Shown piece after piece: positions 1-7,176 of a DNA stretch of 32,000 nt; position 1 is the first letter of the stretch; the number at the start of each line of letters is the position of its first letter. The DNA is from Isorropodon fossajaponicum endosymbiont JTNG4. GTDB taxonomy: Bacteria > Pseudomonadota > Gammaproteobacteria > PS1 > Pseudothioglobaceae. The notes beneath the pieces were generated by a model. That model was not told the DNA's origin and searched no databases. It worked only from the letters and a program-made list of their open reading frames with translations. The stretch lies in assembly GCF_016592615.1 (NCBI RefSeq), contig NZ_AP013043.1, positions 660,001 through 692,000 on the forward strand, read 5' to 3'. The position numbers were made by a program, and so were the translations under genes.

Positions 1-1
1 T

Positions 2-790
2 GAAAGCATGGTTAATCGTAAAATTTTAGGAAATACAAAAGTACACACCGATATTACTAATATTGAAAATGCAAAGAAGAAAGGTGCAATGGCACTATTT
101 GGTGAAAAATACGGTGATACTGTGCGTGTTTTAACCATGGGTAAAAATAATTTTTCAGTAGAATTGTGCGGTGGCACCCACGTTCGCCAACTTGGTGATA
201 TTGGACTTTTTAGAATTACCTCAGAAGGCGGTGTTTCTGCTGGTGTGCGTCGTATTGAAGCGTTAACAGGTTATGATGCATATCAATTTGATAATCAAAC
301 ACAAAATAGCTTGAATGAAATTGCACAAATAATCAGGTCAAGCAACGCACAAGTGGTAGAAAAAGTCACGCAATTGATTAAACAGCAAAAAGAATTAGAA
401 AAACAAATTGCCATTTTAAAAAAACAATTAGCCAGTAACCAAGGCGATGATTTGGTTGGACAGGTTCAAGAGGTAAATGGTATTAAATTACTATCAACTG
501 TCGTAGTAGAAGAGGTGAGTGGCAAAGATTTGCGTGATATTGCCGATAAACTCAAAAACAAGTTAGGCTCGGCTGTTATCGTATTAGCAGTAGTAAATAA
601 TAATAAAGTATCCTTAGTTGCAGGCGTAACAAAAGATTTAACTAAGCAATATCAAGCTGGAAAAATTCTTAACCATGTTGCGCAGCAAATTGGCGGGAAA
701 GGTGGTGGTCGCCCAGGTATGGCACAAGGTGGGGGCACTCAGCCTGAGAATTTAACCAAGGCACTTGCCTCAGTTAAATCATTAATTTAA
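2..790 (+). CDS. alaS: alanine--tRNA ligase, C-terminal part (5' end lies upstream of the window)
   Basis: The frame is open to the window edge. It contains the editing-domain zinc motif ELCGGTHV and the C-terminal GGKGGGRPGMAQGGG motif typical of AlaS. Confidence 0.9.
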   Translation, partial: ESMVNRKILGNTKVHTDITNIENAKKKGAMALFGEKYGDTVRVLTMGKNNFSVELCGGTHVRQLGDIGLFRITSEGGVSAGVRRIEALTGYDAYQFDNQTQNSLNEIAQIIRSSNAQVVEKVTQLIKQQKELEKQIAILKKQLASNQGDDLVGQVQEVNGIKLLSTVVVEEVSGKDLRDIADKLKNKLGSAVIVLAVVNNNKVSLVAGVTKDLTKQYQAGKILNHVAQQIGGKGGGRPGMAQGGGTQPENLTKALASVKSLI

Positions 791-808
791 TTTATTTTAA
801 GTCAGAGG

Positions 809-1099
809 TTAAACACAACCCGTTGGTTGAGGCATGCCACCGTATTTGGTAATAGGTTTCATCGGGCCAGTTAACCATTCTTTAAATAGGATTTTTTTAT
901 CAATACCCACAACTTTAGCAAAAGTTCTAATGGGCGGCACTGATGAATTTTCCTCAAAATACTCTCTAGCTACAAGGATTTGATTAACCATACTTTCAGT
1001 TAATTCAATGTCATCTTCCTTAGCCATTTCATGCATAATATCTTGCGTCCAAATTGTTGGATCGACTAAGTAGCCATTGCCTGTTCTTTCTAGTCCCAT
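809..1099 (-). CDS. TusE/DsrC-family sulfur relay protein, single-cysteine (TusE-like) type
   Basis: 96-aa ORF ending ...GGMPQPTGCV, the DsrC/TusE C-terminal arm. The position about 11 residues upstream, where DsrC carries its second Cys, is Thr here (PITKYGGMPQPTGCV). Confidence 0.75.
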   Translation of the reverse strand: MGLERTGNGYLVDPTIWTQDIMHEMAKEDDIELTESMVNQILVAREYFEENSSVPPIRTFAKVVGIDKKILFKEWLTGPMKPITKYGGMPQPTGCV

Positions 1100-1249
1100 T
1101 TCATTACCTTGTTATTTTGTGAAAAAGTGAACCTATTATACCTATTACCTTAATATTTTACTAGGTTTTTATATAAATATCCATTAAGGCTGTAAAGAGG
1201 GTATGTGATGAGGTATTAGCAATATTCTGTAGGGTATAATTTGCTCGCT

Positions 1250-2016
1250 ATGGATTGGATGCAACTCACTATTAGAATAAACAAAGACCAGGCAGATTTT
1301 ATCTCTGAGGTGCTGATGGGTTTGGATGCTTTATCCCCATTACCTTTAGTGATTCATTTGATGATGCTATTTTTGAGCCACCTGTGGGCGAAACGCCTTT
1401 ATGGCAAGATACGACAATCAGTGCTTTATTTAATATAAATGTCGAACAAAAGCATGTGCAAATGATGTTAAAGCAAATTTGTAATATTGAACAAAGCTCT
1501 TTTGAACTACTAAAAAATCGTATTTGGGAAGATGCATCCACTCTGCCAAAAGAGGCTGTTATTATTGACATGAACCCTGGTTTGGCATTTGGCACAGGCA
1601 CGCACCAAACGACAGATTTATGCTTGCAATATTTGGATCAAAACCCACCAAAAAATTTAACTGTGATTGATTACGGTACAGGTACTGGTGTTTTGGCAAT
1701 TGCTGCAGCCAAGTTAGGTGAAAAAGAAGTCATCGCTATTGATAACGGCCCACAAGCAGTGCTTGCTACTACGAACAACATTCAAACTAATCATGTTGAC
1801 TTATTGATTGCTAATATCTTGGCCAATCCTTTGGTTGGTTTGTGTGAGCACTTTTCTAGGCGAATTAAATCAGGCGGAAAAATTGTACTATCTGGTATTT
1901 TGCAAGACCAAGTAGAGATAATTTTAGACACGTATGGTCATTATTTTTTAACATTAAGCGTTAAGCAAAAAGGTGATTGGTGTTGTGTAGATGGTATTAG
2001 GAAGCCCCAAATATGA
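1250..2016 (+). pseudogene. prmA: ribosomal protein L11 methyltransferase, frameshifted and shortened
   Basis: The N-terminus MDWMQLTIRINKDQADFISEVLMGLDALS is in one frame. ITFSDSFDDAIFEPPVGETPLW...NPGLAFGTGTHQTT...VIDYGTGTGVLAIAA...LLIANILANPL follows in another frame, with the shift near 1337-1340. Two segments conserved in E. coli PrmA appear missing: around the PSW region and before the ANIL motif. Confidence 0.7.
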
Positions 2017-3059
2017 CAAACAAACAAATTAGAGCGGTGTCGCTAATCTCAGGCGGATTAGATTCGCTATTAAGCACTAAACTAATGCTTGACCAAGGCA
2101 TTCATGTAGAAGGCATTAACTTTTTTACTGGCTTTTGTGTGGAAGGGCATACACACGCCATTCGCAAGCAAAAAAAAGACAAGCCAAAACGTAACAATGC
2201 TTTATGGGTGGCAGAGCAATTGGGTATTAAATTACACATTATTGATGTGATTGAAGAATATCGTGACGTACTTTTAAATCCTAAACATGGTTATGGTAAA
2301 AACATGAACCCGTGCCTAGATTGCAAAGGCTTTATGGTCAAAAAAGCCAAACAGTGGATGATTGAGCATGAGTTTGATTTTATTATTACAGGCGAAGTCA
2401 TGGGTCAACGCCCTATGTCACAATGCAAAGAGGCCATGCCCATTGTCCAAGCAGAATCAGGTGCGAATGATTTACTCCTAAGACCCTTATGTGCAAAACA
2501 TTTACCAGCCACCAAAGCAGAACTTGAAGGTTGGGTGGACAGAGAGAAATTATTAGATTTTTCAGGGCGTACGCGTAAGCCACAAATGGCTTTAGCAAAA
2601 GAATATGGCTTTGATGATTACGCTACCCCAGCAGGTGGTTGTTGTTTTCTAACCGATAAGCAATATTCTGATAAATTGGTCGATATGTGGCAATCACGCG
2701 GTAATCGTGATTATCAATTGGATGATTTAATGATGCTCAAAGTTGGCAGACACATTCGCCCAAATCCACGTTTTAAAATGATTGTTGCCCGTGAAGAGGG
2801 TGAGGTTAAATTCCTAGAAGGTTATCGTAATCAATATGCCAATTTGTATCCGACCAGTTGTAATGGTCCTTTAGCATTGATTGATGGTGAACCCAATCAA
2901 GAAGATTTGAAAATTGCTGCTAAAATATTAGCACGCTATTCTCAAGGTAGAGAAGAAAAGTTAGTTGATGTGGAAGTTAAACTCAATGTTGGCGTGGTAC
3001 AACAATTAAGCGTTAAGCCGTTTTCTGCTGATGAAATCCAAAAAGATTGGATGGTGTAG
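2013..3059 (+). CDS. PP-loop ATP pyrophosphatase family protein, ThiI/MnmA-like (putative sulfurtransferase)
   Basis: It has the PP-loop SGGLDS near the N-terminus, a ThiI-like NPCLDCKGFM motif, ITGEVMGQRPMSQ and a PAGGCCFLTD Cys pair. Its start overlaps the prmA stop by 4 nt (ATGA). Confidence 0.6.
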   Translation: MTNKQIRAVSLISGGLDSLLSTKLMLDQGIHVEGINFFTGFCVEGHTHAIRKQKKDKPKRNNALWVAEQLGIKLHIIDVIEEYRDVLLNPKHGYGKNMNPCLDCKGFMVKKAKQWMIEHEFDFIITGEVMGQRPMSQCKEAMPIVQAESGANDLLLRPLCAKHLPATKAELEGWVDREKLLDFSGRTRKPQMALAKEYGFDDYATPAGGCCFLTDKQYSDKLVDMWQSRGNRDYQLDDLMMLKVGRHIRPNPRFKMIVAREEGEVKFLEGYRNQYANLYPTSCNGPLALIDGEPNQEDLKIAAKILARYSQGREEKLVDVEVKLNVGVVQQLSVKPFSADEIQKDWMV

Positions 3060-3066
3060 TAAAGAA

Positions 3067-3096
3067 AGTATTATGATAGTATTACTTTTAGTATTA
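3067..3096 (+). promoter_or_regulatory. three direct AGTATTA repeats at 11-12 bp spacing, candidate operator of the decayed RHH antitoxin
   Basis: AGTATTA occurs at 3067, 3078 and 3090, immediately upstream of and touching the ATG at 3096. Confidence 0.25.
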
Positions 3097-3403
3097 TGAA
3101 AACAATTACCCTAAAAATCCAAGACGATTTTTTTGAGCAAATCAATCAAATGGCGTTGGATGCCCACCTAAACAATGCTAAAACTTTATATTTGTTTTGT
3201 AATGGTTCGTGTCTAAAAGTGCATTAATTCGTAAGGCTATTAAAGCTTATCAAAAGCAAATAAAAAACAGAGAAATGACCAAAAGAATGCAAGCAGATTC
3301 TTTGCGTTCTAGAGGCTTACATGACGAATTGATTAGAGATTTTGAAGCTATAGATGATGGATATCTGCTCTACCACCTTGGGAAGGAAAATGAATGTGGT
3401 TAG
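3096..3403 (+). pseudogene. ribbon-helix-helix (CopG/MazE-like) antitoxin, frameshifted
   Basis: MKTITLKIQDDFFEQINQMAL... stops at 3225-3227. The RHH helix SKSALIRKAIKAYQKQ continues in a different frame (ORF 3209..3403). Confidence 0.55.
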
Positions 3404-3695
3404 AGGTAGTATTTACCTAGCAAACCTCAATCCCTAGTAGAGGTTCTGAGAGTGGTAAAATCCGCCCAGTTTTGGTTATTCAATCCAATAACTTAAACTT
3501 TAGCAACCATAAAACGGTTAATATTTTGCCTTTAAGCACAGCACTGATTGACGACTCTATACTACATTTTAGAATAAAAAACGCGATAGATTAAAATATA
3601 ATTCAGATATTGTTTGTGATTATATTCGTGCGATTGATGTTAATAAATTTACCTCAGATGCACTCACCAAACTCACTAAAATTGAGAGGATGGCA
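3390..3695 (+). pseudogene. MazF/PemK-family toxin remnant
   Basis: The ATG at 3390 overlaps the antitoxin stop. MNVVRGSIYLANLNP is followed by TAG, then RGSESGKIRPVLVIQSNNLN...LPLSTALIDDS in another frame, then a stop, then DIVCDYIRAIDVNKFTSDALTKL. This matches the MazF pattern G-x-I-Y...P..G.E..K.RP.LV.Q...CDQIR.ID. Confidence 0.6.
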
Positions 3696-3813
3696 CCGAT
3701 GGTCGTAATGGCGACCATTATGTTCGTTTGGTACGTTCCGAACAGTGATTTTTATTTTTTATTTTCCCCTAGCCTTTTGGTGAATGTGTGTTTTATTTTT
3801 TAAAGGAGAAGTT

Positions 3814-4158
3814 ATGAAAAAGTTAATAATAAGTGTTGCGGTGTTTGTAACATTTGGATTGAGCGTTGTTTGTGCAACTCCACCAGAACCAAATGTAGTT
3901 CAACGATTTAGTAATACAATCGCGTATGGTATTTATAAAGCAGCATGGCCTACTGCAAGATATTCTGATGTTGAAGTAGAGAATTATGGTGAAAAATCCA
4001 ATGGTGACTATTATTTAGAATTAAAACTTTCAGGCAATGGTCGTGTGTGTTTTATTGGTAAATGCCCTTTGTGGTCAAAGCTTTTAATTACTACAGATAC
4101 GGGATTTAATATTAAAAATATGCGTGTGTTAAAACATAATGCAAAAATGGTCGAATAA
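3814..4158 (+). CDS. hypothetical exported protein (no family recognised)
   Basis: ATG at 3814 is preceded by AAAGGAG. The signal peptide is MKKLIISVAVFVTFGLSVVCA. The mature part contains a CFIGKC Cys pair. Confidence 0.6.
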   Translation: MKKLIISVAVFVTFGLSVVCATPPEPNVVQRFSNTIAYGIYKAAWPTARYSDVEVENYGEKSNGDYYLELKLSGNGRVCFIGKCPLWSKLLITTDTGFNIKNMRVLKHNAKMVE

Positions 4159-4188
4159 AACTATAAAAAATGTACTCACTCAAACAAA

Positions 4189-4449
4189 TTGAAAAGCAAC
4201 AGGTTGGGCTTAAGCCTTCCTACTTATTTAGTCAAAGAAATGGATGAATTAACCAGTGATTATGATATTAATCGCTCAACCTTTATTGCTGAGGCAATCC
4301 AGAGTTTTATTAAAGAACAAAAGGAAAAAATCTTTTATGGAGGGTTAGAACAAGCAGTTAAAGAGATGAAGATGATGATGATGGATGGTAAATTGCCAAA
4401 AACAACATTGACAGACTTGATAATTGAGCTTAAAAATGAAAATCAGTAG
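4189..4449 (+). CDS. ribbon-helix-helix antitoxin
   Basis: The strand-helix-helix pattern RLGLSLPTYLVKEMDELTSDYDINRSTFIAEAIQSFI is present. TTG start. The 3' end overlaps the downstream toxin start. Confidence 0.65.
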   Translation: MKSNRLGLSLPTYLVKEMDELTSDYDINRSTFIAEAIQSFIKEQKEKIFYGGLEQAVKEMKMMMMDGKLPKTTLTDLIIELKNENQ

Positions 4450-4762
4450 TATTTCAACCTTTACAAAATCTGCAAAAAAACTTGCTAAAAAATACAAAAA
4501 ACTAGCCCATGATTTAGAGGCTTTAGATGATGAACTACAAAATGGTGCTAAAACAGCAATAAATCTAGGTGATGATTTTTATAAAATTCGCTTAAAAAAT
4601 AGCTCTATTCCCCAAGGTAAAAGTAGTGGCTTTAGAGTAGTTTATTTTTTCAAAACTAAAAATAATGAAATTTATTTACTAGATATTTATACCGAAAACA
4701 TCATTGAAAATATTAACAAAGATAAGCTGTTAGAGCTGGTTCAAATTTATGATCTACTTTAG
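4436..4762 (+). CDS. RelE/ParE-superfamily toxin
   Basis: MKISSISTFTKSAKKLAKKYK...LGDDFYKIRL...GKSSGFRVVYFF...EIYLLDIYTE..ENI matches the K..R...GKSGGYRVIY...LL.IY.K pattern of RelE-like killers. The ATG at 4436 overlaps the antitoxin by 14 nt. Confidence 0.7.
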   Translation: MKISSISTFTKSAKKLAKKYKKLAHDLEALDDELQNGAKTAINLGDDFYKIRLKNSSIPQGKSSGFRVVYFFKTKNNEIYLLDIYTENIIENINKDKLLELVQIYDLL

Positions 4763-4765
4763 GGC

Positions 4766-4966
4766 TTAACCGCCACCAACAGCCTTAATAATCTCACAAA
4801 TATCGCCTTCGTTTAGGGCAAACTTAGTATGTTGGGATTTAGGAATAATGACTTCATTGACTTCTAGTGCAATGCGTTGATTTTCATAACCCAGTTGAAC
4901 AATCAAATCATGTGTGTTTAAGTTCTCAGCTACCTTTAGCGACTCGCCATTTAAGGTGAGTGTCAT
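4766..4966 (-). CDS. thiS: sulfur carrier protein ThiS
   Basis: 66 aa, MTLTLNGE...ICEIIKAVGGG with a C-terminal Gly-Gly. The ATG at 4964-4966 overlaps the upstream stop by 4 nt. The track's TTG start at 4990 is less likely. Confidence 0.85.
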   Translation of the reverse strand: MTLTLNGESLKVAENLNTHDLIVQLGYENQRIALEVNEVIIPKSQHTKFALNEGDICEIIKAVGGG

Positions 4967-5232
4967 GTATCCATTCTGCCAATGGCACAAAAAACAAAGG
5001 ATTTTTCTTTGGCTTTGGCAGAATTAAACCCATGTACTGAATCAATTTCAGGATAGCCAAGATTGAGTAGAACTTTGACAACTTCGGCTTTTTTAGCATC
5101 GTCTACGTCAAGATTTATAATGCCTTGTTCAATGTTGATATCGATATTTTCGGTATCGAAAGTTGAGGTTAATTTCTTAGTAATGGTGCCTGCACAGCCA
5201 CCACATTTGATATTATCAACGGTTATCTTCAT
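4963..5232 (-). CDS. heavy-metal-associated (HMA) domain protein with CGGC motif and Cys-containing tail
   Basis: MKITVDNIKCGGCAGTITKKL...VVKVLLNLGYPE has a ferredoxin-like HMA layout. It is followed by about 27 extra residues: SVHGFNSAKAKEKSFVFCAIGRMDT. Confidence 0.7.
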   Translation of the reverse strand: MKITVDNIKCGGCAGTITKKLTSTFDTENIDINIEQGIINLDVDDAKKAEVVKVLLNLGYPEIDSVHGFNSAKAKEKSFVFCAIGRMDT

Positions 5233-5310
5233 AACGCTTCTTGTTTGGTTTTTAAAACGTTATTATATCACTTTGATTTGTGCATTTGGATGTCAGAGTA
5301 GTGTGATGAT

Positions 5311-6471
5311 ATGGTAAAATTATTGAAGTTTTTCATTCGGGAGTATTTGGTGTCACAAGTTGCCTTACTAGCATTAGAAGATGGGAAGATTTTTCATGGA
5401 AAATCTATTGGCGCTAATGGTGAAACTTTAGGCGAAGTGGTGTTTAATACTTCAATGACGGGTTATCAAGAAATTTTAACCGACCCATCGTATGCGCAAC
5501 AAATCGTTGCACTAACTTATCCACATATTGGTAATACAGGCACCAATCCAGTTGACGAAGAATCAGATAAGATTCATGCAGCAGGTTTAATTATCCGTGA
5601 TTTGCCTTTAGCGGTAAGTAACTGGCGCTCAAATATGTCTTTAGGTGCGTATTTAAAACTAAATCATATTGTTGCCATTAGTGATATTGATACACGCGCA
5701 CTAACACGCCACTTACGTAAACAAGGCTCACTTAGAGGCTGTATTGTTGTGGGCGATGATATTGACCAAGACGCAGCCATTGCCAAAGCTCAATCGTTTG
5801 CTGGTCTTAAAAATATGGATTTGGCAAAAGTGGTTTCAACCACTCAGTCGTATGAGTTTAATCAGGGTTCTTATTCGTTAGAAAATACCAAATTTAATGA
5901 GCTAAATGCTAAATTTAAAGTCGTGGTTTATGACTTTGGGGTGAAGAAAAATATCTTAAGAATGTTGGTAGATAGAGGATGTGCATTGACTATTGTTAAT
6001 GCACAAACACCAGTGGCTGAGGTATTGGCAAGCAATCCTGATGGTGTATTTTTATCTAATGGGCCGGGCGACCCTGAGCCGTGCGATTACGCCATTAAAA
6101 ATATTCAGGTTTTGTTAGAAAAAGATGTGGCGTTGTTTGGTATTTGCTTAGGGCACCAATTATTATCTTTGGCAGTTGGTGCAACAACGCAAAAGATGAA
6201 ATTTGGTCATCATGGTGCTAACCATCCTGTGCAAGATTTACACACCAAGCAAGTGATGATTACTTCTCAAAACCATGGATTTTCAGTATCAGAGGACAAT
6301 ATACCCAATGATTTAGAAGTGACACATCGCTCGTTGTTTGACAATTCTATCCAAGGTATTAGTGTTGTTAATAAAAAAGCATTTGGCTTTCAAGGGCATC
6401 CTGAAGCCTCGCCAGGACCGCATGATATGAGTGGTTTATTTGATACATTTATTAAGGAGATGAGCGAATGA
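5311..6471 (+). CDS. carA: carbamoyl-phosphate synthase small (glutaminase) subunit
   Basis: Contains [27 protein letters not shown] (catalytic Cys) and [14 protein letters not shown]. The true start may be the GTG at 5350. Confidence 0.95.
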   Translation: MVKLLKFFIREYLVSQVALLALEDGKIFHGKSIGANGETLGEVVFNTSMTGYQEILTDPSYAQQIVALTYPHIGNTGTNPVDEESDKIHAAGLIIRDLPLAVSNWRSNMSLGAYLKLNHIVAISDIDTRALTRHLRKQGSLRGCIVVGDDIDQDAAIAKAQSFAGLKNMDLAKVVSTTQSYEFNQGSYSLENTKFNELNAKFKVVVYDFGVKKNILRMLVDRGCALTIVNAQTPVAEVLASNPDGVFLSNGPGDPEPCDYAIKNIQVLLEKDVALFGICLGHQLLSLAVGATTQKMKFGHHGANHPVQDLHTKQVMITSQNHGFSVSEDNIPNDLEVTHRSLFDNSIQGISVVNKKAFGFQGHPEASPGPHDMSGLFDTFIKEMSE

Positions 6472-7154
6472 AAAAATTATTAATGAGTTTTTTGTTGTTG
6501 GTATTTGGTGCAACTACTATGGCTGAAGATGTTGATCCATTTGAGGCGTCAAATAGAGCAGTTTTTGAGTTTAATCAAACCTTAGATGAAAATGTTTTTG
6601 AGCCTGCAGCTAGAACTTATAAAGAATCTGTACCTGAAACAGCGCAAAACCGAGTCAGTGATTTTTCCTCTAATTTAGATGATATTACCACACTGGGTAA
6701 TGAAATTTTGCAGTTTGAATTATTTGACAGTGTGAGTACGTTTGGTAGGATTTTAGTGAATAGCACCATAGGATTGGCTGGCTTGTTTGATGTTGCTAGT
6801 GATATTGGGCTAGAAAAAACCGATGAAGATTTTGGTCAAACAATGGCAGTGTGGGGCGTGCCAAGTGGCCCTTATGTGGTTTTGCCAGTTTTAGGTCCAT
6901 CAACCATGCGTGATTCAGTGGGTATTTATGTTGATATTACTGAAAATGTTGATGTAACCAAGGGATTAAATACCACTGAAGAAACAGCATTATTACTCAC
7001 CAGAGCCGTTGATACTAGAGTCAAATTATTGCCAGCAACGGATTTACTTAAAAATTCAGACGATGTTTACATTGCAACACGCTCTTCTTATTTACAAAAG
7101 AGACAATTTGATATTCTTGATGGCAATCCGCCTATTGAAGATGATGATTTCTGA
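6468..7154 (+). CDS. mlaA: MlaA/VacJ-family outer-membrane lipid asymmetry protein
   Basis: Contains [34 protein letters not shown]...[14 protein letters not shown]...[14 protein letters not shown]...[21 protein letters not shown]. The ATGA start overlaps the carA stop. The signal peptide lacks a lipobox Cys. Confidence 0.85.
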   Translation: MKKLLMSFLLLVFGATTMAEDVDPFEASNRAVFEFNQTLDENVFEPAARTYKESVPETAQNRVSDFSSNLDDITTLGNEILQFELFDSVSTFGRILVNSTIGLAGLFDVASDIGLEKTDEDFGQTMAVWGVPSGPYVVLPVLGPSTMRDSVGIYVDITENVDVTKGLNTTEETALLLTRAVDTRVKLLPATDLLKNSDDVYIATRSSYLQKRQFDILDGNPPIEDDDF

Positions 7155-7176
7155 CCTAATTTAAAGCGCAACACTA

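Noticed and set aside
3696-3770. Two adjacent hairpins (ATGGTCG-n6-CGACCAT and GTTCG-n12-CGAAC) followed by a T-rich tract, considered as a small RNA or attachment site.
   Set aside because: The stems are short (5-7 bp). The position, right after the MazF remnant, fits a leftover operon terminator. There are no flanking repeats or promoter to suggest an sRNA or att site.
4366-4386. An ATG-rich trinucleotide run (atgaagatgatgatgatggatgg) as a possible slipped-strand switch in the antitoxin.
   Set aside because: There are only four consecutive ATG units, which are in frame (KMMMMD). Any slippage would keep the frame. I see no evidence of variation.
5233-5310. Checked the region upstream of the HMA-thiS operon, shared with carA, for a TPP riboswitch.
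   Set aside because: It is only 78 nt long and lacks the conserved CUGAGA / ACCUGAUCUGGAU-type elements, so it is too short for a THI-box.
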